Below the pieces are notes generated by a model. It did not search any database. It was not told the origin of the DNA and saw only the letters and a list, made by a program, of their open reading frames with translations. The position numbers were made by a program, and so were the translations under genes. From IMG/VR virus record IMGVR_UViG_3300037847_002819, positions 31,890 through 95,889 of that record: DNA of 64,000 nt; one strand, 5' to 3'. The stretch comes from a virus (taxonomy: Duplodnaviria; Caudoviricetes). Of this stretch, positions 34,535 to 44,873 are shown piece after piece (within the stretch, counting starts at the first letter, position 1; every line of letters begins with the position of its first letter).

Positions 34535-34801
34535 ATGAATGGAATATTAGAAGGAAGATTTCTAATCAAAGGTAATAGTTATATCATTGATTTGATAAAT
34601 GTTGACTTCCTAACTTGGAAAGAGAATGCAACAGAATATGAAACCTATTGGCTAAAGATGCACATAGGTTCGAAAGAAGCAAGATATGTTTGCTCTAGAG
34701 AAGAATTGAAAGTAATAATAGAAGAATGGACTAAGGTTCATGGAAATAAAATAGAAATAAATATAGATGAATTAGGTGAAGAAGATGAGTTTAACGAATA
34801 G
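34535..34801 (+). CDS. hypothetical protein
   Basis: GAGGT RBS before ATG 34535. Confidence 0.65.
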   Translation: MNGILEGRFLIKGNSYIIDLINVDFLTWKENATEYETYWLKMHIGSKEARYVCSREELKVIIEEWTKVHGNKIEINIDELGEEDEFNE

Positions 34802-35594
34802 ACAAGGTAATGCTAGTAATATGAGTTTTGGTAAAGCACAAGAAGATTTTAACAATAAGTTTCAGCAAATGATGGCTGAAAAAAGGAAGCAAGTTAATTC
34901 AAGATTAGTATTAGGTATTTGGGGTCATCCCAAAACAGGAAAGACAGGAATCGCTTTAGATTTTCCCGATAGACCAATTTATGTTTTAGATTGGGATAAA
35001 GGGGTTGAATCAACATGGCGTGAACATCACGAAGCGACTGAGCGCATACAAGTGTTCTGTCCAATTGAAATGAATAAAGACAATGTTATTGATATAACAA
35101 AGAGCGAAGAGAATTCGCATATGTTTATCAAATATGTTAGGTCTAAGATTGAAGAAGGAGAAAAGCCCGTCTTTGTATTAGACGGTGTTGATACATGGTT
35201 AGATTCATGTATATTGAAGATTAACCCTAATCCTACTTTAGTTACAAAGGTTATGCCGTATCAATATGGTGCTAGAAACAAGACTTTCTATCACCTATTG
35301 GATTCAATATATCTTCTTGATTGTGATGTAATTTACATTACTCACGAAACAGAAAAGTATCAAGACGGTTCTCCAATTGGTATGATTGCTAATTGGAAAG
35401 ATTGGGGAGGAAAACTAGAACAAGAGATACATTGTTCAAGAAAGAAAATAAAAGGTGAAATGCACTATTTGGCTGAATTAGTTGGTAGTCGAACAAATGG
35501 TAATTTGGTTGGCACTACTTGGACTCTTAGACAAGGCACACCACCTAATATCGTTTGGAACGGTATTCCTGAATTAAGGGAGGGTAATATTTGA
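34785..35594 (+). CDS. RecA-superfamily ATPase (RadB/Sak4/AAA_24-like recombinase)
   Basis: GIWGHPKTGKT Walker A, LD.DKG, FVLDG Walker B, YITHE. Confidence 0.75.
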   Translation: MSLTNRQGNASNMSFGKAQEDFNNKFQQMMAEKRKQVNSRLVLGIWGHPKTGKTGIALDFPDRPIYVLDWDKGVESTWREHHEATERIQVFCPIEMNKDNVIDITKSEENSHMFIKYVRSKIEEGEKPVFVLDGVDTWLDSCILKINPNPTLVTKVMPYQYGARNKTFYHLLDSIYLLDCDVIYITHETEKYQDGSPIGMIANWKDWGGKLEQEIHCSRKKIKGEMHYLAELVGSRTNGNLVGTTWTLRQGTPPNIVWNGIPELREGNI

Positions 35595-36385
35595 AATTTA
35601 CAATATGGCCGAAGACATTACAAAAAGGATTAGAAGACATACAAGGAAAAGGAATGTATTTAGGAGACAGTGGTTTAACTAACTCTAAGTTAGGAGAATA
35701 TGTTTTGATGGAATTGGCAAACGATACCTTAACTCTATGGAATGGTGATACTACATTTGGGTTAACGGTATCTTTGCCTGTTGAAGAAACATTAGAAGAA
35801 GGCACTTTTATTGGTAATGCCGCTATGATTATACCTTACTTGAAGAAGTTTAATGGTATTATTACTCTTCACTATACTGACTTTTTGGCAGTTAGTAGTG
35901 GAAACAAATCTGCTACTATTCCAGCCGCAGTTAATCATCCTAACATTGATGCTATTGAAAGAATCAAACAAATGGTTGCTGATGTAACATATGAGCCTGT
36001 GATTAATAATCTATGGAAGTTTGGTTCTTCAAACTTTGAAGGTGCATTTCAAGTAACTGATGAGTTGTTTGATGAAGCGGTTAGTGGTTGTGAATTGGTT
36101 AAAAGCGGTGTATATCTTTTGAATTATTTACCTACCGATAATGACGAAAGTGTTCATGCTTCTGTTACTATTAGTAGTGAAAATGGAACTGCTAATGCGT
36201 ATAAGCAAACTATTCACCCAACTCAATCAATAGGTGAAGCCGCTACTTTGCAGTATTCAAGTCCACTTCATAAGTTTTTGAAAGGACAGGGATTGCTTAA
36301 CTTTTATGTGAAAGACGAGTTTCCTCTTTTGATTGTTGGAGAAAATAAGATGATTGTAAAAGCACCCTTCACAGGAGTTGACTGA
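35591..36385 (+). CDS. DNA sliding clamp (PCNA-like)
   Basis: 264 aa; terminal FPLL...K.IVKAP pattern; directly upstream of PolB. Confidence 0.65.
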   Translation: MKFTIWPKTLQKGLEDIQGKGMYLGDSGLTNSKLGEYVLMELANDTLTLWNGDTTFGLTVSLPVEETLEEGTFIGNAAMIIPYLKKFNGIITLHYTDFLAVSSGNKSATIPAAVNHPNIDAIERIKQMVADVTYEPVINNLWKFGSSNFEGAFQVTDELFDEAVSGCELVKSGVYLLNYLPTDNDESVHASVTISSENGTANAYKQTIHPTQSIGEAATLQYSSPLHKFLKGQGLLNFYVKDEFPLLIVGENKMIVKAPFTGVD

Positions 36386-38041
36386 ATGATAATTAGTAGG
36401 TGTTTAGATGGAAAACACATATACAAATCTTGGAGAGAGAATAACGAGAAAAAATTCGAATTGGAAAGATTTAGACCCTACTTTTATGTGAAGGAAAACG
36501 AAAAGGAACATACAACATATTCTCCTTCTAAGTATATCAAACGAGAGTTTGAATATGAAAGAGGAGAATGGGTGAATCTAGATGGTGATAGATTAAAGAG
36601 AGTATATGTTGAAAACTCTTTTGATGTTTTTTCTGCTAGAAAAATGTTTAAGCAAACATATGAAGCAGATGTTCCATATACATTTAGATATGCAGTTGAT
36701 TGTATTTCGGAAATGCCGGAGTATAAAATGCGTAAATGGTATTGGGATATGGAATGGCAACAAGGAGGAGAACATCATAATAAAATTACTACTATTGTAA
36801 TGTATGATAATTATGATAAGGACTATCATCATTGGGTTTGGTTTCCTAATAAATACAAACATGAAATTGAAAAAGCAAAGCCAAAATATGTTTTTGGTTC
36901 TGAAAAAGAAATGCTTGAACATTTCATTAACACAATGATAGATAAAGACCCCGATATGTTAATTGCGTGGTTCGGTAACTTCGCTGATATACCTAAATTA
37001 CTTGAAAGGTGTTGTGCTTTAGGAATTAACCCTAATAGAATGTCTCCGATTAACCGGATAGATGGTGTTAAACAGACTAAGAACGGCTTCAAATATACTA
37101 AAGGTGAAAAGGGGTTCTCGCCAATAGAACAACCCATAGGGGGTCGCATAACCCTCTCATTAGACATGGCTTTTGAAAGACAATGGAATGACTCGCAAAG
37201 AGGAACATTACCTTCTCTATCTTTGGACTATGTATCTGAATCTTTACTTAACAAGAAGAAGTTAGTTTCAGAAAAGTTTCCCGACCCAAACGAATTCTAT
37301 CGTAGGGCTTGGTTAGAAGATACTGAAACTTATTTGCAGTATGCTCTAAAAGATGTTGAATTGATTGTTGAAATAGATGAAACTAATTATTGTAGCGAAG
37401 CGATTATTGCACTACAAAGATTACTGAAAGCACCATTTGATGCTTGTTTTTATGCAAGCCATATGGGTTCTATTTACTTCATGCGTAATGCTTGGTGGAA
37501 AGCACCAACAGGTAATAAGAAAGCAGAAAAGAAGTCTTATCAAGGGGCTATGATTTATGACCCGTTGAGTGAAAACACTAACGGATTACATCTTAATGTG
37601 GCGGCTTTTGATTATGCAGGTCTATACCCTGCTATGATGATTTCAAGAAACATTTCGTTTGAAACTAAAAGCGAAGAACCTACCGAGTTTGGTGTGAACA
37701 TATTGACTCCTAGAGATTTTAGCGAGGTAACAGAAACAAAGATGCTATACTACAAAACCGATAAACTAGGATTGTTGCCTAAGTCTGTATTAGAACTCAA
37801 AGAGTTGCGAAATGAATATAAGCGACTTATGCGTGAGGCGAGAGAGAACAATAATAACAGTGACTATATCAAGTGGTATAACAATCAAATGGCGGTAAAG
37901 AGACTAATGGCTTCATTTTACGGAATCATTGGCTATACCGGTTTTAGTTGGGCTGATGCTGATTTAGCGGCTAGTATTACTGCTAGTGCTAGAGAAGCAA
38001 TTAGATTGGCGGCTTTTAAGGCAAAGGAGATGAATGTATGA
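36386..38041 (+). CDS. polB: family B DNA polymerase, N-terminal part (exonuclease, motifs A and B)
   Basis: PYFY, YEADVPY..RY, WDME (ExoI), SLDYVS, Y...DV (ExoIII), FDYAGLYP, Q.AVK.LM.SFYG. Confidence 0.93.
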   Translation: MIISRCLDGKHIYKSWRENNEKKFELERFRPYFYVKENEKEHTTYSPSKYIKREFEYERGEWVNLDGDRLKRVYVENSFDVFSARKMFKQTYEADVPYTFRYAVDCISEMPEYKMRKWYWDMEWQQGGEHHNKITTIVMYDNYDKDYHHWVWFPNKYKHEIEKAKPKYVFGSEKEMLEHFINTMIDKDPDMLIAWFGNFADIPKLLERCCALGINPNRMSPINRIDGVKQTKNGFKYTKGEKGFSPIEQPIGGRITLSLDMAFERQWNDSQRGTLPSLSLDYVSESLLNKKKLVSEKFPDPNEFYRRAWLEDTETYLQYALKDVELIVEIDETNYCSEAIIALQRLLKAPFDACFYASHMGSIYFMRNAWWKAPTGNKKAEKKSYQGAMIYDPLSENTNGLHLNVAAFDYAGLYPAMMISRNISFETKSEEPTEFGVNILTPRDFSEVTETKMLYYKTDKLGLLPKSVLELKELRNEYKRLMREARENNNNSDYIKWYNNQMAVKRLMASFYGIIGYTGFSWADADLAASITASAREAIRLAAFKAKEMNV

Positions 38042-38172
38042 AATGCATCTATTGTAAGAAGGGTAAAATGGAAATAGTTTGGTATAAGAAACCAAAGGTA
38101 GGTCATAGATTAATGAAAGATAAAGCAAAATTACAATGTAATAATTGTGGTCATAAGGAGTTGTTTGAATGA
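38038..38172 (+). CDS. 44-aa Zn-ribbon protein (CIYC...CNNC)
   Basis: Manually found; ATGA overlaps both sides. Confidence 0.6.
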   Translation: MKCIYCKKGKMEIVWYKKPKVGHRLMKDKAKLQCNNCGHKELFE

Positions 38173-38378
38173 AACAAAGATGTAAAAAATGGATAATGAA
38201 TTTAATTGAATTTTGGGATGAACCCTTTACTGCGGTTCATGTAAGAGAGAGGCTTGTTGATAAACATGGGACTAACTGTGTTCCTTGTTCTGGTTCTATT
38301 GCTAATTTTCTTAAAAGAAATTGTGATGTAATAGGAATGCATGATGGAAGAAATCTATATTCTAGGAGGAAAAGATAA
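38169..38378 (+). CDS. small winged-helix-like protein
   Basis: Coupled ORF. Confidence 0.65.
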   Translation: MKQRCKKWIMNLIEFWDEPFTAVHVRERLVDKHGTNCVPCSGSIANFLKRNCDVIGMHDGRNLYSRRKR

Positions 38379-38587
38379 TGCCATACACATATGACAGGAC
38401 TTGGAAAGAAATACATGATATGTTAGATAAAGCAGAAAGGAAACAAAACTCACATTATACCGAAATGCAAAAGGGCGGTAAAACGGAGAGGCTTTATCAT
38501 ATGCGTAATTATAAAGCATTAGAAGGTGTCATTAAAGCCCTTAAATGGACTCTTGGTGATAAAGACATAGAGCATCCTTTGGAGTGA
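38378..38587 (+). CDS. hypothetical protein (..ALKW.LG motif)
   Basis: AGGAGG RBS. Confidence 0.7.
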   Translation: MPYTYDRTWKEIHDMLDKAERKQNSHYTEMQKGGKTERLYHMRNYKALEGVIKALKWTLGDKDIEHPLE

Positions 38588-38592
38588 TATAA

Positions 38593-38763
38593 ATGAAAAC
38601 TAAATATGTAACTGTAAAAGTATCGTATGATACAGAAGAAACTTGGGATATTACTTTACAAGAAGTAAAAGAAATATTTCAAATGATGAATAACTTGAAG
38701 CGTCATGCTATCATTACTGAAATAGAACAAGGTGTTAACCATGATGATGGACAAGACGAATGA
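38593..38763 (+). CDS. 56-aa hypothetical protein
   Basis: Manually found; GGAGTGA RBS. Confidence 0.6.
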   Translation: MKTKYVTVKVSYDTEETWDITLQEVKEIFQMMNNLKRHAIITEIEQGVNHDDGQDE

Positions 38764-38872
38764 GTTATTGGAAGAATTGCTGGCTATGATAGCAAAATCA
38801 AATAAGATATTGATGATGGTAAATATCGTGAACATAGCAACCATCTTAACAATAGTAACGGTGATATTATGA
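38741..38872 (+). CDS. small protein with hydrophobic C-terminus
   Basis: Manually found; ILMMVNIVNIATILTIVTVIL; ATGA overlap downstream. Confidence 0.5.
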   Translation: MMMDKTNELLEELLAMIAKSNKILMMVNIVNIATILTIVTVIL

Positions 38873-39153
38873 ATAGATATGAATTGGATAAATTAAATGA
38901 AGAAATTAAAAGACTTACTATGGAAAATGAAGGTCTTGCTAATAGAATAGATGAATTGGATGAGAAGATTGAAAAACTGCAAAATACAATTGAAAGATTG
39001 GAAATAGAGTTGGATAGGCAATATAATGAGGATTCGCAAACATACAATGTAGCAAAAGCGATTCACGAAATGCAAAACGACCTACAAAAGTTGCATCCTG
39101 AATTAACATTCAACAATCTAATATATGCACCCGATAAGGTGGGCGGAGTATGA
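38869..39153 (+). CDS. coiled-coil protein
   Basis: Heptad pattern; GGTGA RBS. Confidence 0.7.
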   Translation: MNRYELDKLNEEIKRLTMENEGLANRIDELDEKIEKLQNTIERLEIELDRQYNEDSQTYNVAKAIHEMQNDLQKLHPELTFNNLIYAPDKVGGV

Positions 39154-40031
39154 AAGTAGTTTATGGGCATACAGATTCAATCTATGTTCAGATTGATTCA
39201 GTTGAAAAGGCTCAAACTGCTATCAAAGAAATAGAAGCAAGTGTTAGAGAACATTTTCCTAATGTATTAGGTTTAGATGAACACCCTGTTCAGTTAGAGT
39301 TTGAAAAGTATTTTTCTGCTTTAGGCGTAGGAACGGTAAAGAATCGTAATGCAGGGTTAGTATCTTGGGAAGATGGAGTATGGTTGGATGAACCAAAATT
39401 CACCATGACAGGTTTTACTGCTAAAAGAGTTAGTGAAACTAAAATGGCAAAGGAGGTTCAAACTACTGTGCTAAAAATGTGGGTGAATCAGAATACTCAA
39501 GACGAAATAAATAAGTATTTACACAATACTTATTCTTCTGTTCTGAATGGCAAAATACCTATTAATTCTATTATTAAAAGGTCTAGACTAAAGAGCAATA
39601 GGCTTACTGTAAAATGTCCGGATTGTGGAACTAAGCATAGCATAAAAGAACACATTAAATGGTGTAAAAAATGCGGTGTGGAAGGTAAATTATTCAGAAC
39701 ATTAGACAATGCAAAACCCTCTTTTGGTGAGGGTATTTCCGGAATATTATATGCTTGGCAAAATACAGATGCCGAGTTTGATGATTCATATTTATTTATG
39801 AAAGTAAGGAATTTGCATAAGACATATACTCATCCTTTAACGGGAGAGAAGCGAAAAGCCGAATATATTTCCGGCACAACCTATGCAGACTTTGAGAGTT
39901 ATGAACCGGATTGGCGACACTACGCTGAACAGGTGATAAAGAAGGCCGAGCCTATTTACAAGGCGATGGATTGGGATTTGTCAAGCATTAGAACAGGTAA
40001 AATACAAAAGAAATTAGATGATTGGTGGTAA
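39150..40031 (+). CDS. polB: family B DNA polymerase, C-terminal part (motif C, thumb, Zn ribbon, PIP box)
   Basis: VVYGHTDSIYV, LEFEK, K.R.AG, CPDC...CKKC, QKKLDDWW. Confidence 0.92.
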   Translation: MKVVYGHTDSIYVQIDSVEKAQTAIKEIEASVREHFPNVLGLDEHPVQLEFEKYFSALGVGTVKNRNAGLVSWEDGVWLDEPKFTMTGFTAKRVSETKMAKEVQTTVLKMWVNQNTQDEINKYLHNTYSSVLNGKIPINSIIKRSRLKSNRLTVKCPDCGTKHSIKEHIKWCKKCGVEGKLFRTLDNAKPSFGEGISGILYAWQNTDAEFDDSYLFMKVRNLHKTYTHPLTGEKRKAEYISGTTYADFESYEPDWRHYAEQVIKKAEPIYKAMDWDLSSIRTGKIQKKLDDWW

Positions 40032-40032
40032 T

Positions 40033-40938
40033 ATGAATAACGATGAAAAATATAATGCGGTAATTTCTGCTATGCCGGAATTTACTTATGATTGGAAGCA
40101 TGAAAATTATGATGACCCTAGCAAACCTATATTGAAAATAACTAAATCTTCTTTAGGTTCTTTCGATTGGTGCGCTAAAAAGTATGATTTTTCCTACATT
40201 CAGCGTTTGCCTCAAGACCAAACGGAGGCTATGTTGAAAGGAACAATTTGCCATACTTCAAGAGAGAATTTTTTCAATGACTTTGATGTTAAGAAAGCAG
40301 AATCAATGACTGCTAATGAGTTGTATGAGTATTGTCAAAGCCTTCATCCTATTGATGATTATTTGGATATTTCAATTACTCAATCAGCGTTTGAAGCCGA
40401 GAGGTTCATTGAAGCGAGGGATGCAAATAAGATTGATGAATATTTGCCTGTTTGTAACGAAGGAAAATTCGATGCAAATATAACAATTGATAAAGATACA
40501 AACCCTAAGTTTCCTCTAAAGAGAGACTACAAAATACATATTCAAGGTATTATTGATAGAATCTTTGAAGAAGATGGAGGGTATATTCCTTTTGAGTATA
40601 AAACAGGTGCTTGGAAAGATTACAAAGCAACAAGTATGAGAAAGGAAATGGCTTTCTATCAATTACTTATTGAAAATGCTGAAGATGAAGTATTGATTAA
40701 AAATGGATTAGACCCTAATAAGAAAGTAACTCATTGGGGTTGGTATTATCCGGTTTCTAATTATGTATTTTCAGAAGGTGTAAAGAAAAGAACAATGACT
40801 TCTGTAATGAATAATATTGCTAAGTTGATTTGGTCTTATGAAAACTCGCATTTCCCTGCAAAGTTTTTCTATAAGACTTGTTCGCATTGTTCTTTCTTTG
40901 GTATCTGTGATGCGGCACAAACCGATACATGGGTGTGA
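40033..40938 (+). CDS. Cas4/AddB-like PD-(D/E)XK nuclease with Fe-S cysteines
   Basis: SS...FDWC, GT..H, GIIDRI, EYKTG, CSHCSFFGIC. Confidence 0.85.
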   Translation: MNNDEKYNAVISAMPEFTYDWKHENYDDPSKPILKITKSSLGSFDWCAKKYDFSYIQRLPQDQTEAMLKGTICHTSRENFFNDFDVKKAESMTANELYEYCQSLHPIDDYLDISITQSAFEAERFIEARDANKIDEYLPVCNEGKFDANITIDKDTNPKFPLKRDYKIHIQGIIDRIFEEDGGYIPFEYKTGAWKDYKATSMRKEMAFYQLLIENAEDEVLIKNGLDPNKKVTHWGWYYPVSNYVFSEGVKKRTMTSVMNNIAKLIWSYENSHFPAKFFYKTCSHCSFFGICDAAQTDTWV

Positions 40939-41077
40939 TTAAATGAAATGTAAATTATGTAAAGAAGAAATAGAAGGCCACGGTCATATGCTAACAAAAG
41001 GAAATGGTGAATGGTTTTGTTGTGATGGTTGCAATTACACAATAGTATTACCTGCAAGATTAAAGGGGGTTCACTAT

Positions 41078-41451
41078 TGAACGAAGATATGATAAAAGAA
41101 AAAGTATTGTCAAGAAATTGGACATTTACAGAAATATCTAATCTAAAAGATACTATCAATAAACTTTGTAACGAAATCTATTCGGAGTCAAAACTAATTG
41201 AAAGATTTGATTTAGTTAGAGAAGTAAGAATAAACGAAAACTTCGTAGGACATACATTTGAAGATGTAATGAGAGAAGCGATACATACTAAACTATCCGG
41301 TGAAATAGCCGGAGTTATAAGGAATATGTTAAACAATGCAACAGTTAATTTTGGAGGTAAAAATAATGAAATATCCGAGGGAAGTTTGGGCGGGGAGTCA
41401 CATAAAGAACGCCCCACAAATGAAAAGAAAAGTAGTCTTATCGAGGAATGA
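41078..41451 (+). CDS. hypothetical protein
   Basis: ORF; start uncertain (TTG 41078 or ATG 41088-region); a small Cys-rich ORF starting at 40943 precedes it. Confidence 0.55.
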
Positions 41452-42409
41452 ATATGCTAAGTTTGTTAATGCTCAAAATAATAGGACAAATGTTTATACA
41501 ACCGTTTACGACTTTGAACATTTTTCAGAAACGGCAAAGATAGAATCGTCTGTTATTCTTGATAGAATCTTTTTAGATTTTGATGGACATGATAATGATT
41601 TAGAATTAGCATGGAGAGATTTGAAAATGATAATGCAGAAGGTTATTGAAAACGATTGGAAACATACTATCTTCTTTTCGGGAAGAGGTTTTCATTTGTT
41701 TTTATTTGGTGAACCAACTGATTCTATTAGAGATATTCAAACCTTTTTTAGAGGAATGAAAGAAGTGCTTAAACAAGCCTTTAGCGGAAAGAATACTTTA
41801 GATGATAGAGTAGGGCAACCAACAAGATTGAGAAGAGTTCCTAATACAGTTAATATGTCATCTTCCGATAAAGAAGGTAATCCGTATTATTGTATTCCTT
41901 TGATTAAAGAAGACCTTTCTTTTAATCTTGAGCATATTCTTGAGTTAGCAACCAAACCCCGCCTTTTACCGTTCCAAATGGGCGGCAATAAGAAGGTAGT
42001 TTTTCCAAAAGCACCCCCTATTGATAAGGTGGAGGGCGAAATTAGTGTCGCAAAATATACAGGTAAATTGCCAATATTGCCCTGCTTACATAGTGCCATT
42101 ATGACGGAGAATCCTTCGCATATGGCTAGAGCATATCTTGTTTCTTGGTATAGAGACTTGCTAACAGGAAGACGACCTATCAATTCCTTGAACGAAAAAC
42201 AAGAAGTGTTAGATTTAGTCGTTGCCGAAATCAAACAACTAGTTGAAAATAATGATGAAATATGGCTAGATTGGGATGAAGCAACTACAAGAAAACACGC
42301 TAAGTTTACAGTGTTCGGAAATTACAAAACTCCTTTCTGTAATAAGTTAATTTCTGATGGTTATTGTGTAGGAAAGTGCTGGCGTTATCCAGATTATTTA
42401 GGTGAGTAA
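41366..42409 (+). CDS. archaeo-eukaryotic primase, PriS fused to a PriL-like Fe-S C-terminal domain
   Basis: FLDFD, FSGRGFH, RLRRVPNT.N; LPC...H..R...C.KL...YCVGKC. Confidence 0.88.
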   Translation: MKYPREVWAGSHIKNAPQMKRKVVLSRNEYAKFVNAQNNRTNVYTTVYDFEHFSETAKIESSVILDRIFLDFDGHDNDLELAWRDLKMIMQKVIENDWKHTIFFSGRGFHLFLFGEPTDSIRDIQTFFRGMKEVLKQAFSGKNTLDDRVGQPTRLRRVPNTVNMSSSDKEGNPYYCIPLIKEDLSFNLEHILELATKPRLLPFQMGGNKKVVFPKAPPIDKVEGEISVAKYTGKLPILPCLHSAIMTENPSHMARAYLVSWYRDLLTGRRPINSLNEKQEVLDLVVAEIKQLVENNDEIWLDWDEATTRKHAKFTVFGNYKTPFCNKLISDGYCVGKCWRYPDYLGE

Positions 42410-43106
42410 TATGTTAATAATAGACAGTCGAGAAAGACAAGGTTCTAAATTAGTGCATTTAGTTGAGACTAAATGTAGGAGTTTAGGAATCAAAACAGAA
42501 AAAAAGTGGCTTGAGATTGGAGACTATGTTTTTGATGATGTTTGTTTTGAAGCAAAATCATCAACAGATTTTTTAGGTTCAGTAATGAATAAAAGAATAT
42601 GGACTCAAATAGATAATATGGATAGACACTACAAAACAAATATAGTTATTATTTATGGTTCTTTAGATGAAGCGATTTATAATGTTAAAAGGCATACAAA
42701 ATCTAAGATTCAAGAACCTGCTAGAACAATAATGTTAAATAATAAATTTCTAGGAGCAATAGGAAGAATTACATTAGATACTGATGTAAAGGCTTTTTGG
42801 GTTTCTTCTGAAGAAGAAGCGGCATTAATTATATCCGCTATTTGTAAAATGAAACCTATTGTTAGAGATGTAATTAGGCCGGAAGTATTCAAAAGAATCA
42901 CTACCGATGATTTAAGATTAGATGTTTTAACAAGCATTAAAGGTGTTTCCTATAAAAAAGCAAAGGCTCTAATTAAAGAGTATGGTTGTATTATGGAAAT
43001 AGGAGAGCAGTCTGTCCATGAATTGTGTCACATGGATGGTATAGGAGAAAAAACTGCTAAAAGAATTTTAGACACATTAAACAGTGAAGATAAGGTGAAA
43101 ATATGA
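42402..43106 (+). CDS. ERCC4/XPF (Hef-type) nuclease with HhH motifs
   Basis: IIDSRE, LEIGDY, EAKS..DF..S, Q...M, IKGVS.K.A, DGIGEKTA..I. Confidence 0.88.
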   Translation: MSNMLIIDSRERQGSKLVHLVETKCRSLGIKTEKKWLEIGDYVFDDVCFEAKSSTDFLGSVMNKRIWTQIDNMDRHYKTNIVIIYGSLDEAIYNVKRHTKSKIQEPARTIMLNNKFLGAIGRITLDTDVKAFWVSSEEEAALIISAICKMKPIVRDVIRPEVFKRITTDDLRLDVLTSIKGVSYKKAKALIKEYGCIMEIGEQSVHELCHMDGIGEKTAKRILDTLNSEDKVKI

Positions 43107-44641
43107 ATGACGAATTAACTAAAGTTGAAGATGTTAAAACTGCCTTGATGTATGAAGGCGAAGATGAAGAAAAATACATGGAACAGTATGAAGAGAATAC
43201 AAAGTTCTTTGCAGGTCAATTACCTGCAATTGTTCAAGAGTTTCAAAAAGATGCTACTAATGTAGCACATTATAATGAAATACCTGCGGCAATTTGTTAC
43301 TTTGTAATCTTAGGACAAATATGTAAAGATTATATTAGTATTCCTAATGGTTTCAGTATTGAAGATTCAAGAGTGCATTTCTGCCAAATTCAAACTTCCG
43401 GAACGGGTAAATCAACATTATACAATTTTGTTGGCCCTGTTGCTAATAGAGTATTTAAGAAGATTAATGATACTAATAGTCATCCTTTAGCAGAATTAAT
43501 ACCTGCTGAATACGAAGGTGAATTTGTGGCTAAGAAGCCTAAGAATTTTAATGTCTTTTCCACTACTCTTTATACTGATGCCGCATTGATTGGGCATTAC
43601 AAAGAAGAATTAGATAGAGAAGAAGATAGCGAAACTAAAGGTGAGTTTAGGCAAAAAAGAATTGCAGGTGAATTGGAAGGTAGTGGTTTAGCACATTGGG
43701 ATGAGTTTGAATATTCTGGTGTGTTTAAGGAAAGCCAACATAAACAAGATGCTATTGTTATGCTTAATACTTTTATGAATACATTACACGGTGAAAATTG
43801 GGTTGTATCTAAAAAATTGAAAGAAGGCGATACAATGATGTGTTTTTGTGAGCGTTCTGTTTTGGCTATGACTTATCCGCCACATGAATTAGAATCAGTA
43901 ATGACAGAAAAAGGTGTTCTTCAAAGAATGCTTCTGTTTATTTGGGATGTTCCGCACTTTATTCAAGATAAAATGAGAAGAAAGCAAATATCATATGCTG
44001 GTAAAATTATGAATACAGATATGCCAATTGAAAAACACGCAAATGCTTTCTTTAAGATATATTGTATGGTAAAAGAAAGATGGGAGTCTGTGGATAAAAA
44101 CGGGCTTGAAGTAATGAAATTTTCGAGTGAATTTAACGATGTATTGGAATTAGAATACGAAGGTATGGAAATGTATATTCAATCCGCTTCACCCGAAGTT
44201 AGAAAGATTGCATCTAATTTTACTACCCGTTTGCTTAAAATTCTAATTAAAATGTCTGTTCTTTGTAGCGTGGCGCAAAGTCGGTCTATTGCTAAAAAAG
44301 AAGACCGCTTCCTAGTGACGGGTTACAATGTCCGTCAAGCCGCTACCATCGTGCGACAATGTTATATGACACTTGTGGATTGGTTAGAACGAAGCCTAAG
44401 AGTTAGGCGAAGAGGCATGGCTGAAAAAGCACAAGAACCTCAATTTATCAAAGTATTCACTGAAATGGAGAAAGATGAAGAAGGATATGTTAGTAAAAGA
44501 CTATTTCTAGAAACTCTTATGGAGAAAATAGGTCTTCAAAAAGCAAGAATCTATGAATTATGGAATCATAATGAACATCACTTTGAAACAGATAAACAGG
44601 GTCGTTCAGTATTTATTAAATTGAAGGAGGGTAAAAAATGA
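43103..44641 (+). CDS. MCM-like AAA+ replicative helicase (divergent)
   Basis: SGTGKS Walker A, WDEFE Walker B, QRML Arg finger, TRL sensor 2, C-terminal wHTH. Confidence 0.7.
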   Translation: MNDELTKVEDVKTALMYEGEDEEKYMEQYEENTKFFAGQLPAIVQEFQKDATNVAHYNEIPAAICYFVILGQICKDYISIPNGFSIEDSRVHFCQIQTSGTGKSTLYNFVGPVANRVFKKINDTNSHPLAELIPAEYEGEFVAKKPKNFNVFSTTLYTDAALIGHYKEELDREEDSETKGEFRQKRIAGELEGSGLAHWDEFEYSGVFKESQHKQDAIVMLNTFMNTLHGENWVVSKKLKEGDTMMCFCERSVLAMTYPPHELESVMTEKGVLQRMLLFIWDVPHFIQDKMRRKQISYAGKIMNTDMPIEKHANAFFKIYCMVKERWESVDKNGLEVMKFSSEFNDVLELEYEGMEMYIQSASPEVRKIASNFTTRLLKILIKMSVLCSVAQSRSIAKKEDRFLVTGYNVRQAATIVRQCYMTLVDWLERSLRVRRRGMAEKAQEPQFIKVFTEMEKDEEGYVSKRLFLETLMEKIGLQKARIYELWNHNEHHFETDKQGRSVFIKLKEGKK

Positions 44642-44868
44642 CAAAATGGGAAAACCAATATGTAGTGTTTGATGTAACTAAAGGGCCAAAAGTAATTATT
44701 GAGACTTTAGACACATATGGAGATGAAGGCTGGGAATGCTGTTCTATGCTAAGTATTGCAGGAACAAACATTGTTGCGTTTCTAAAAAGAAGAATAGGCG
44801 ACAATGAACCTGTTGAAGATGCAGAAGCAAAGAAGATTTCTAAACTGTGGTCTAATGGTTCTGAGTGA
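44638..44868 (+). CDS. DUF4177-like small protein
   Basis: KWE...LD.YG.EGWE...FLKR pattern. Confidence 0.65.
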   Translation: MTKWENQYVVFDVTKGPKVIIETLDTYGDEGWECCSMLSIAGTNIVAFLKRRIGDNEPVEDAEAKKISKLWSNGSE

Positions 44869-44873
44869 TTATA

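Noticed and set aside
38041-39150. Intron or split intein joining the PolB halves
   Set aside because: No intein terminal motifs or intron core seen; the gap is filled by RBS-bearing coupled ORFs
40033-40938. Cas4-like gene as evidence of a CRISPR-Cas system
   Set aside because: No cas1/cas2 or array; solo Cas4-like nucleases are common in replication modules of archaeal viruses
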